From IMG/VR virus record IMGVR_UViG_3300033076_001325, positions 1-31,317 of that record: 31,317 nucleotides of DNA; one strand, given 5' to 3'. The first letter of the stretch is position 1, and every line of letters begins with the position of its first letter. Shown piece after piece: positions 17,484 to 25,256 of the stretch. Below the pieces are notes generated by a model. It searched no databases. It worked only from the letters and a program-made list of their open reading frames with translations, and was not told the origin of the DNA. The position numbers were made by a program, and so were the translations under genes. Source of the stretch: a virus (lineage: Duplodnaviria > Caudoviricetes).

Positions 17484-18666
17484 AGAGTATAATAATATTA
17501 CTCAATTAAATTTACCTTATAAAAAAAATACTAATAAATTTGTATTTCATTTTTTAAAAGGAGCTTATTTAGAAATATTAGGTTCTGATTCTAAAAAATA
17601 TATAGTTAAATTTTTTGACAAGTCAAAAGATAAACTAATGTATGAAACCGAAATTACTAATAATATGTGGACTCGACCTGGGTTTGAATATTTTATTAAT
17701 TGGAGAATTGAAGTTTATGATAAAGAAAATAATGAATTAGTATTTGAACATAATTTTAATGCTAAAGAAAAACGAGTTTACATTCATTTAGAATCCTCAG
17801 CTATTGGTGATACACTAGCTTGGTTTCCTTACATTAATGAATTTAGAAAAAAACATCAATGTCATGTAGTTTGTTCTACATTTCATAATGAATGGTTTGA
17901 AAAAGAATACCCCGAACTAGAATTCGTTTCTCCGGGTACTGAAGTTCCTGATTTATATGCAATGTATAATATCGGGTGGTTTTATAATGATGATCGAACA
18001 GTAACTACTTCAAAAATTCCAATTGATTTTAAACAACATCCTTTAGGAGAAACAGCAACATCAGTTTTAGGATTATCTTACTCAGAAATCAAACCTAAAC
18101 TAAATATACCTGATAAAGCAAAACAAATCGATGGTAAATATGTTGTTATTGCCCCACATGCTTCTGCTCATGCCAAGTATTGGAATTATAAAGGTGGTTG
18201 GCAAGCTGTAATTGATTATTTGAATGAGCAAGGTTATAAAGTAGTAATGATTACTCATGAAAAATTAGGAGATAAATGGCATGATTCTAAATTAGGAGGT
18301 AAATTAAAAAATGTAATTGATAAAACCGGAAATTATCCTATTGAAGATAGAATGGTAGATATAAAACATGCTGATGCTTTTATAGGTGTTGGTAGTGGTT
18401 TATCTTGGTTATCTTGGTCGATAGGTACCCCGGTAGTCCTTATTTCAGGATTTAGTTTACCTTATAGTGAATTTACAGATTGTGAACGTATTTTTAATTA
18501 CGATACTAATGTATGTACAGGATGTTTTAATAAACACTGGTTAAACCCAGGTGATTGGGAATGGTGTCCTGAAAATAAAAATACCTATAGACAATTTGAA
18601 TGTACAAAAACAATTAAACCTTCTAGAGTAATTGAGTCTCTTAATAAAATCCTTAATATTTATTGA
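17464..18666 (+). CDS. Aah/TibC-type (autotransporter O-heptosyltransferase family, GT9-related) protein glycosyltransferase
   Basis: AIGDTLAWFPY, KYWNYKGGWQAVIDYL..GYKV, HADAFIGVGSGLSWLSW..GTPVVLISGFSLPYSEF, and the four-Cys iron-finger pattern CTGC...WCP...FECTK. Confidence 0.85.
   Translation: MKEVLIREYNNITQLNLPYKKNTNKFVFHFLKGAYLEILGSDSKKYIVKFFDKSKDKLMYETEITNNMWTRPGFEYFINWRIEVYDKENNELVFEHNFNAKEKRVYIHLESSAIGDTLAWFPYINEFRKKHQCHVVCSTFHNEWFEKEYPELEFVSPGTEVPDLYAMYNIGWFYNDDRTVTTSKIPIDFKQHPLGETATSVLGLSYSEIKPKLNIPDKAKQIDGKYVVIAPHASAHAKYWNYKGGWQAVIDYLNEQGYKVVMITHEKLGDKWHDSKLGGKLKNVIDKTGNYPIEDRMVDIKHADAFIGVGSGLSWLSWSIGTPVVLISGFSLPYSEFTDCERIFNYDTNVCTGCFNKHWLNPGDWEWCPENKNTYRQFECTKTIKPSRVIESLNKILNIY
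18656..18663 (+). promoter_or_regulatory. Putative late promoter motif ATATTTAT within the last codons of the heptosyltransferase-like gene
   Basis: Exact motif, only 4 nt before ATG 18668. Confidence 0.45.
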
Positions 18667-18667
18667 T

Positions 18668-18913
18668 ATGGAAAATAAAGTTTTAACACCTGAAGAGTTA
18701 TCAAAATTAAAAGAATTAGATGAAAAACGAGGAGAATTAATTGATCGTTTTGGTATTATAGAAATCAATATTCAAGATCTAGAAATCCAAAAAAGAAAAT
18801 TAATTGATGAGTTATCAAAAATAAAAGATGCCGAATTAGAAATTGGTGCTTTGTTACAGCAAAAATATGGTGATGGAAACATAAATTTATCTACGGGTGA
18901 AATTATCCCTTAA
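18668..18913 (+). CDS. Small coiled-coil hypothetical protein
   Basis: MENKVLTPEELSKLK...; heptad pattern, ends YGDGNINLSTGEIIP. ATG 18668 preferred over the ORF-track TTG at 18632. Confidence 0.75.
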   Translation: MENKVLTPEELSKLKELDEKRGELIDRFGIIEINIQDLEIQKRKLIDELSKIKDAELEIGALLQQKYGDGNINLSTGEIIP

Positions 18914-18935
18914 TAATATTTTGAAAGTTTTTAAC

Positions 18936-18943
18936 ATATTTAT
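18936..18943 (+). promoter_or_regulatory. Putative late promoter motif ATATTTAT
   Basis: Exact motif, intergenic, upstream of the sheath ATG 18969. Confidence 0.65.
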
Positions 18944-18968
18944 AACAAAACAATAATTAATCTACAAA

Positions 18969-20723
18969 ATGGCAGAAACATTAATATCTCCTGGTGTATT
19001 AGCGTTAGAAAACGACAATTCATTTGTATCTTCTCAACCAATAACCGTTGGTGCGGCTATTATCGGTCCTACAGTAAAAGGACCTGTTGAAATTCCTACA
19101 ATTGTAACTTCGTACAGCGATTACCAGAATAAATTTGGTACCACTTTCTTAAGTGCAAGTCAAGTATATAGTTACTTTACTTCTATTGCAGCGTACAATT
19201 ATTTTAATAATGGTGGTCAAACTTTATTAGTAGCAAGAGTAGTAAGCGGAACATTTGACCCAGCAACTACAGCAACTGGTTCAGTAGTAGGACCTGCTGG
19301 TGGTGGTGTTTCTATTCTAAATGCTAACACATCTGAATCTATTGTATTAACTACTTTATCAGAAGGAGCTATTATGAATAGTTCTAGTTCATTAGATATT
19401 AGTGGATCTTTAGCTTCAGGTTCAGCTGATAATATTAGATGGCAAATTACCAACCGTGATACAGGTTCAGGTACTTTTAGTTTATTAATCCGCCAAGGTG
19501 ATGATAATGCTAACAACCCAACAATATTAGAGACATGGACTAACTTATCAATGGATCCAACAGCTCCTAATTATGTAGCTAGAGTAATTGGTAACCAATT
19601 AAAATCATATGATTCTAACGACAATCAAATCGTAGTATCTGGTGATTTCCCTAATAATTCAAGATATGTAAGAGTAGCAAGTGTATTAACACCAACTCCA
19701 TTATATTTTGATAATAATGGTAATGCTAAATCTCAATTTACTGGATCAATTCCTTCAAATGCAAGTGGATCATTTATTGGTGGTGTTGGAACTTTAAACA
19801 CAGGAGTAAACGCAAAATACTATAACAATATCATCTCAGGTGTAACTAATACTCAAGGTTTAACTGGAAGTGATTACACTAACATGATTGCTTTATTAGG
19901 TAATGCTGATGATTATAGATATAATGTATTAGTAACCCCAGGATTATTTGCTTCTGAAGCTCCAATAGGTGCCTCTCAAGTAACTACTGGAATCAATAAT
20001 GCACAAAATAGAGGTGATAATATCTATGTAGTTGATTTAGTACCTTATAGTTCAAGTATCAATACTGTAGTTACTCAAGCTGCTGCTAAAAATACATCAT
20101 ATGCTGCTGCATACTGGCCTTGGTTACAAACAATAGACCCAGATTCAGCTCAATTAGTATGGGTTCCAGCTTCAACTATGATTGGTGGTGTTTATGCTTA
20201 TAACGATAACGTTTCTGAACCTTGGTTCGCACCAGCAGGTATTAATAGAGGAGGTTTAGGTAATGTAGTAAGAGCTGAAAAGAAATTATCTCAAGCAAAT
20301 CGTGATACATTATATACAGGTAAAGTAAACCCAATTGCTACATTCCCTGGAACTGGAGTAGTAGTTTACGGTCAGAAAACATTACAAACTAAAGCATCTG
20401 CTCTTGATCGTGTAAATGTTCGTCGTTTGTTAATTGCTCTTAAGTCATATATTTCTCAAGTAGCTCAAAACTTGGTATTCGAACAAAATACAATCGCTAC
20501 TAGAAATCAATTCTTAAGTCAAGTTAATCCATACTTAGAATCAGTACAACAACGTCAAGGTTTATACGCATTCAAAGTAATTATGGATGATTCAAATAAT
20601 ACCGCTGACGTAATTGATAGAAATCAGATGATAGGTCAAATTTATATTCAACCTACCAAAACTGCAGAATTCATTTACCTAGATTTCAACATCTTACCAA
20701 CAGGTGCTGTTTTCCCAGCGTAA
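18969..20723 (+). CDS. Contractile tail sheath protein (T4 gp18-like)
   Basis: SPGV, GPTVKGP, PWFAPAGINRG, VNPIATFPGTGVVVYGQKTL, DRVNVRRLL, FEQN, IQPTKTAEFI. Confidence 0.95.
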   Translation: MAETLISPGVLALENDNSFVSSQPITVGAAIIGPTVKGPVEIPTIVTSYSDYQNKFGTTFLSASQVYSYFTSIAAYNYFNNGGQTLLVARVVSGTFDPATTATGSVVGPAGGGVSILNANTSESIVLTTLSEGAIMNSSSSLDISGSLASGSADNIRWQITNRDTGSGTFSLLIRQGDDNANNPTILETWTNLSMDPTAPNYVARVIGNQLKSYDSNDNQIVVSGDFPNNSRYVRVASVLTPTPLYFDNNGNAKSQFTGSIPSNASGSFIGGVGTLNTGVNAKYYNNIISGVTNTQGLTGSDYTNMIALLGNADDYRYNVLVTPGLFASEAPIGASQVTTGINNAQNRGDNIYVVDLVPYSSSINTVVTQAAAKNTSYAAAYWPWLQTIDPDSAQLVWVPASTMIGGVYAYNDNVSEPWFAPAGINRGGLGNVVRAEKKLSQANRDTLYTGKVNPIATFPGTGVVVYGQKTLQTKASALDRVNVRRLLIALKSYISQVAQNLVFEQNTIATRNQFLSQVNPYLESVQQRQGLYAFKVIMDDSNNTADVIDRNQMIGQIYIQPTKTAEFIYLDFNILPTGAVFPA

Positions 20724-20738
20724 TTTTTTAAAAATTGA

Positions 20739-20746
20739 ATATTTAT
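20739..20746 (+). promoter_or_regulatory. Putative late promoter motif ATATTTAT
   Basis: Exact motif, intergenic, upstream of the tube ATG 20769. Confidence 0.65.
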
Positions 20747-20768
20747 AATAAACAAATAGATAAATAAA

Positions 20769-21257
20769 ATGGCAGTATTAGATCCAAACGAAATATTTTT
20801 CACAGCGTTTGAACCCAAACAATCCAATCGTTTCATCATGTATATCGATGGTATACCAGCATATGAAATTAAAGGTGTAGGTGCTGTGAATCTAACCCAA
20901 TCCTCAGTAGCTTTAAATCACATCAACGTTCAACGTTTTGTGAAAGGTAAAACAACTTGGGGAACTATTCAATTCACATTGTTTGATCCTATAACACCAT
21001 CAGGTGCTCAAGCAGTAATGGAATGGGTACGTTTACACCATGAATCAGTAACCGGTAGAGATGGATACTCAGATTTCTATAAAAAAGACTTAACATTTAA
21101 CGTATTAGGTCCTGTTGGAGATATAGTATCTGAATGGATTATCAAAGGTGCTATGATTACAGATGCTAACTTTGGTGATTATAACTGGGATGATGATGGT
21201 ACTGCCGTAAACATCACTATGACTGTTCAACCAGATTATTGTGTATTAAATTTCTAA
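20769..21257 (+). CDS. Tail tube protein (T4 gp19-like)
   Basis: 162 aa directly after the sheath; EPKQSNRF, GKTTWGTIQFT, YKKDLTF, EWIIKGA, FGDYNWD. Confidence 0.9.
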   Translation: MAVLDPNEIFFTAFEPKQSNRFIMYIDGIPAYEIKGVGAVNLTQSSVALNHINVQRFVKGKTTWGTIQFTLFDPITPSGAQAVMEWVRLHHESVTGRDGYSDFYKKDLTFNVLGPVGDIVSEWIIKGAMITDANFGDYNWDDDGTAVNITMTVQPDYCVLNF

Positions 21258-21276
21258 TTAATATTAAAAATAAATC

Positions 21277-21312
21277 GAAAAGAGCTCGCATTTTTTGCGA
21301 GCTTCTTTTTTT
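21277..21312 (+). terminator. Intrinsic terminator after the tail tube gene
   Basis: Stem AGCTCGCA (21283-21290) / TGCGAGCT (21296-21303), followed by TCTTTTTTT. Confidence 0.85.
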
Positions 21313-21317
21313 CTCAT

Positions 21318-21325
21318 ATATTTAT
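21318..21325 (+). promoter_or_regulatory. Putative late promoter motif ATATTTAT
   Basis: Exact motif immediately after the terminator, upstream of ATG 21359. Confidence 0.65.
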
Positions 21326-21358
21326 ATATGACAATAAAGTTATAAAATAAATTAATCT

Positions 21359-22102
21359 ATGGCAGAATTTAAGTTACCTACAGAAACAATCGATTTACCC
21401 TCAAAAGGTCTTTTATATCCTAAATCATCTCCTTTATCCTCTGGAAAAATTGAGATGAAATATATGACCGCTAAAGAAGAAGACATTCTTACTAACCAAA
21501 ATTATATTAAAGCAGGAACAGTAATTGATAAATTACTTCAATCGCTAATCGTTGATAAAATTGATTACAATGATTTACTAGTTGGAGATAAAAATGCTAT
21601 TATGATAGCAGCTCGTATTTTATCATATGGTGCTTCATATGAATTTGAATATGATGGTGTTAAACAAGAAGTAGATTTAAGCCTAATCGATCATAAACCT
21701 CTCCACCCAGAATTTGAAAAAGCAACTGAAAATAAATTTTCATTTACTCTTCCTAACACTGGAAATATGTTAACATTTAAATTGTTATCTCATGGTGATG
21801 ATGGTAAAATTGAAGCTGAACTTAGAGGTTTGAAAAAAATCAATAAAGATTTAGCTAGTGATGTTACGGTACGTTTGACTCATATGATTACTAGTATTAA
21901 TGGTTCTTCTGAACCTAAAGATATTAGAGAATTTGTTAATAATTATTTTCTAGCTAAAGACGCTAGAGAATTTAGAAAATACTACAATTCAATCACCCCA
22001 GATATTAATATGAACATCACTATTACCAACTCAGAAGGCGTTGAGGAGGACGTAGATTTACCCATTGGGGTCACATTTTTTTGGCCTGACGCCGGAGTAT
22101 AG
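21359..22102 (+). CDS. Tail assembly chaperone / baseplate hub assembly protein (T4 gp26-like)
   Basis: IDLPSKG...MTAKEEDIL...LLVGDKNAIMIAARILSYG; lies between tube and tape measure; ends GVTFFWPDAGV. Confidence 0.75.
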   Translation: MAEFKLPTETIDLPSKGLLYPKSSPLSSGKIEMKYMTAKEEDILTNQNYIKAGTVIDKLLQSLIVDKIDYNDLLVGDKNAIMIAARILSYGASYEFEYDGVKQEVDLSLIDHKPLHPEFEKATENKFSFTLPNTGNMLTFKLLSHGDDGKIEAELRGLKKINKDLASDVTVRLTHMITSINGSSEPKDIREFVNNYFLAKDAREFRKYYNSITPDINMNITITNSEGVEEDVDLPIGVTFFWPDAGV

Positions 22103-22346
22103 ACTCTCAGTTTTTAACCAAATACATGAAATAGTTTTTCATGGTAAAGGAGGTTATAGTTGGGAAACTGTTTATAACATGCCTATTTGGTTAAGAAATT
22201 TTACTTTCAATAAAATCGATCAGTTTTATGCTCCAAATGATTCTAACAATAATGTTAAAAAATCTATTGAAGCAATGAAATCTGCCGGAGCTACAAGCAA
22301 AAACCAAAATATTCCAACATATGTTACAAGGGCGTCTAAAAAATGA
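22065..22346 (+). CDS. Second chaperone ORF (gp51/GT-like), probably the C-terminus of a frameshift fusion
   Basis: GYSWETVYNMPIWLRNF motif; only a TTG near the 5' end; overlaps the upstream gene in the +1 frame across a T7 run. Confidence 0.7.
   Translation: MGSHFFGLTPEYRLSVFNQIHEIVFHGKGGYSWETVYNMPIWLRNFTFNKIDQFYAPNDSNNNVKKSIEAMKSAGATSKNQNIPTYVTRASKK
22073..22085 (+). other. Candidate programmed +1 frameshift site ACA TTT TTT TGG C
   Basis: Seven T at 22076-22082; Phe-Phe can be read in both frame 0 and frame +1. Confidence 0.65.
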
Positions 22347-22354
22347 TGCCCTTT
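22328..22354 (+). terminator. Hairpin spanning the stop codon; possible weak terminator
   Basis: AAGGGCGTC (22328-22336) / GATGCCCTT (22345-22353) with one G-U pair; short U tract. Confidence 0.45.
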
Positions 22355-22355
22355 A

Positions 22356-22363
22356 ATATTTAT
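22356..22363 (+). promoter_or_regulatory. Putative late promoter motif ATATTTAT
   Basis: Exact motif, intergenic, upstream of the tape measure ATG 22381. Confidence 0.65.
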
Positions 22364-22380
22364 TATAAAACACTTAATTA

Positions 22381-24987
22381 ATGGCTAAAAAAGTAGGCGG
22401 ATTAGACGAAGGTGAAGTTAAAAAAATTAGAGCTGAATCCATTGGTCTTCTAAATGATTTAGATTCCATTGGAAAAAATATTAACGAAAACCTTGCTAAA
22501 GTTAGTGAATTAACTGGTGAAAGTACCTCAGCATTTAAAGAAAGTTTTAATGCTGCTAAATCACTGGGTGATGCTATATCTAAAATTGATGCTAAAACTT
22601 TAGCATCTAAAAAAGCCCAAGCCAATTTTAACGATAAAGTTCGTAAAGCCCAAGAAGAAGCTACTAAATTAGAAGCAAAAGCTTCAAGACTTCGACAAGA
22701 GTCTGTAAATTTTACTAAAGCACAAGCACAACAAGCTTTTAGAGTAGCAAGAGCTTATGAAGATGGTGCTGAAAAATTAAGAGAACAGGCCAAATCAGCT
22801 GAAAAACTAACAGACGAATTTACTGAATTAAATAAACAAACTAAAGTATTTGATGATCTGGCTGAATTTTTTGATGAAATCCCAGGAGTAAGTAAAGTAT
22901 TTGGTGAGTTCCAAAGAGCATCAGACGCTGCTCGTGAAGCGGCCTCAGAAGGAAGTAATGCTTTTGCAGCTGGTGCTAAACAATTAACAGGTGCTTTAAC
23001 TAAAGGTTTAGCAGCTTTTGGTATTGCTAAATTTGTTGAAGCATTAAATGTTGCTGATGAAAGAACAACTTCATTAGGAAGAAATTTAAATAAAAGTGCA
23101 GAAGAAAGTGATATTCTTCTAGAAAAATTCAATGCTGTAGGTAGAAGTATTGATGGTCTTACGGGAGGTGATTTACAAAAAGCAGCTGAAGGATTTGCTA
23201 AATCAATGGGTTCAACAGCTATAGCTAGTAATGATGTTTCCGAAGAATTAGCAACCCAAGTTAAATACATGGGTCAATCTGAAGAAAGTGCTAATAAATT
23301 TGCTAAATACTCTTTAGCTACTGGACAAAATGCCAAAAAATTAGGCAACCAGATTAGAGGTCAAGTATTAGTAAGTAATGCTTTAAATAAAACCGCAATT
23401 AGATATCAAGATATTTTAGAAGAAGTATCAAATGCTAGTGCTGCTGTAAAGTTATCTACTAAAGGTATAGGTGGAAATTTAGGTAATGCTGCTATTGCTG
23501 CTAAAAAATTAGGTTTAGATTTAGCAGGTGTAGATAAAGTAGCAGATTCATTATTGAATTTTGAAGAATCCATTTCATCAGAAATGGAAGCTGAACTTTT
23601 AACTGGTCAAGAACTTAATCTTGAAGAAGCTAGAAGATTAGCATTAGGTAATGATTTAGAAGGAGTAGCTAGAGAAATAGCTAAACAAGGAATTACTTCT
23701 GAAAAATTTGGTAAAATGAATCGTCTTCAACAAGAAGCCACTGCGAAAGCTTTGGGAATGAGTAGAGACGAAATGGCTGAAATGTTCCAGGAACAAAAAG
23801 CCTTATCAGCTTTAGGTGCTAAAGATAAAACTGAATTAAATTCTAAAGTAAAACTTAGACTTCAAGAAATAGATAAAATTAAAGATTTATCTAAACGAGA
23901 AGAAGCACGTGCCAAATTAATGGAAGAAGTTGGTAATGAAGAACTTGTACGCCAACAAGAAAACCAATCTTTAGCAGAACGACAAGCCGAAGCCAGTGAA
24001 AAAATGGTAGAAGCTATGAGTGGTATTAAAGTATTAATAGAACCTATTGCTAAAGTATTTAAATTCCTAGCTGAACATGCTGAAATGGCTGCTAAAGCAT
24101 TAGGACTTTTAGTAGGTGCTTCTATGATAGGTAAAATCGGAAAAATGATAAAAATGATCCGAGGTGCTGGTACTGGACTTAAAGGACTTATGGGTGCTAT
24201 AGGTGGTGGCGGTGGAGGAACATCAGCTGGAGGTGCAGCTGCAACAGCAGGAGCAGCAGGTGGAGCAGCTGCATCTGCAGCTGGAGATGTTGCTGAAGGT
24301 GCTGCTGGTGCAGCAGGTAAAGCAGCTGCTAAAGGCGGTGGTGGATTTTTTGGCAAAGTTGGAAGTTTTTTTGGTGATATTGGAAAAAAATTAAACCCAC
24401 TAAATTTTGTTAAAGGAAAATTAGGAAAAATAGTTGGAAAAATATTAAAATTCCCCATTATTTCTACTTTATTAGAAAGTGTATTTGCTGGAGCTGATAT
24501 TACAAACATGATTGCTGAAGGTGGAAAACAAAGTGATATCTATAAAAAAATAGGTGTTAGAGGGGGTGAAGCCATAGGTAGTATAGGAGGATCAGCTATA
24601 GGTGGTATTTTAGGATCTGCTTTAGGTCCTTTAGGTACAGCAGCTGGAGGATTACTAGGAGACTCAGCTGGTAGATGGTTAGGTGGAAAATTAACTGAAC
24701 TATTAGGTCCTGAAAAATTTGGTAAAACTATAGCTAATACTTTTGGATATGATAAAGACATTGAAGAAGGGATAAAAAATAAAACAATTGAAGCCAAAGA
24801 TTACGTCATTAAAACCCTTCCAGAAGATACAGTAGTAGGAGCTGGAGGTACTAAATTAGGTAGAACGGACGAAATGGTAACTTTACTTGAAAGATTAGTT
24901 GCTACTGTTGAAAAAGGTGGTAATGTTTATATAGATGGTACTAAAGCAGGAACTTCATTTGGAATGAGTTCTTGGAAACTTCAATAA
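22381..24987 (+). CDS. Tape measure protein
   Basis: 868 aa, A/K/E-rich and helical, with Gly/Ala-rich hydrophobic C-terminal segments; canonical position after the chaperones. Confidence 0.85.
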   Translation: MAKKVGGLDEGEVKKIRAESIGLLNDLDSIGKNINENLAKVSELTGESTSAFKESFNAAKSLGDAISKIDAKTLASKKAQANFNDKVRKAQEEATKLEAKASRLRQESVNFTKAQAQQAFRVARAYEDGAEKLREQAKSAEKLTDEFTELNKQTKVFDDLAEFFDEIPGVSKVFGEFQRASDAAREAASEGSNAFAAGAKQLTGALTKGLAAFGIAKFVEALNVADERTTSLGRNLNKSAEESDILLEKFNAVGRSIDGLTGGDLQKAAEGFAKSMGSTAIASNDVSEELATQVKYMGQSEESANKFAKYSLATGQNAKKLGNQIRGQVLVSNALNKTAIRYQDILEEVSNASAAVKLSTKGIGGNLGNAAIAAKKLGLDLAGVDKVADSLLNFEESISSEMEAELLTGQELNLEEARRLALGNDLEGVAREIAKQGITSEKFGKMNRLQQEATAKALGMSRDEMAEMFQEQKALSALGAKDKTELNSKVKLRLQEIDKIKDLSKREEARAKLMEEVGNEELVRQQENQSLAERQAEASEKMVEAMSGIKVLIEPIAKVFKFLAEHAEMAAKALGLLVGASMIGKIGKMIKMIRGAGTGLKGLMGAIGGGGGGTSAGGAAATAGAAGGAAASAAGDVAEGAAGAAGKAAAKGGGGFFGKVGSFFGDIGKKLNPLNFVKGKLGKIVGKILKFPIISTLLESVFAGADITNMIAEGGKQSDIYKKIGVRGGEAIGSIGGSAIGGILGSALGPLGTAAGGLLGDSAGRWLGGKLTELLGPEKFGKTIANTFGYDKDIEEGIKNKTIEAKDYVIKTLPEDTVVGAGGTKLGRTDEMVTLLERLVATVEKGGNVYIDGTKAGTSFGMSSWKLQ

Positions 24988-24992
24988 TTTAA

Positions 24993-25000
24993 ATATTTAT
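24993..25000 (+). promoter_or_regulatory. Putative late promoter motif ATATTTAT
   Basis: Exact motif, intergenic, 10 nt before ATG 25011. Confidence 0.65.
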
Positions 25001-25010
25001 AATAAAAAAT

Positions 25011-25256
25011 ATGGGACTTTTAGAAAAATTACAATCGCAAGGATCATTATTAACTAGTAATGATGGTGAAACACCTTCAAAATATGAAGGCATTAGTCAA
25101 TATGAAAAAGATTTAGCTGTTTCTCAATTAGATATAGATCCTAAAAAATTAAAAAAATATGATGGTGCTAGTCAATATAAAAAAGACTTAGAAACATCAT
25201 TATTAGATTTAGATCCAACAAAAGTATCTAAATACCTAGACAACTTACCAGGATAA
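25011..25256 (+). CDS. Small hypothetical protein with a 25-aa tandem repeat
   Basis: KYEGISQYEKDLAVSQLDIDPKKLK / KYDGASQYKKDLETSLLDLDPTKVS; TAATG-coupled to the next gene. Confidence 0.75.
   Translation: MGLLEKLQSQGSLLTSNDGETPSKYEGISQYEKDLAVSQLDIDPKKLKKYDGASQYKKDLETSLLDLDPTKVSKYLDNLPG

Noticed and set aside
13876-18666. Glycosyltransferases as DNA-modifying enzymes
   Set aside because: Not excluded but disfavoured: they lie among virion genes, include a protein-acting family, and no base-hydroxymethylation genes are nearby.
18632-18667. TTG start at 18632
   Set aside because: It lies inside the upstream gene; ATG 18668 follows the stop directly.
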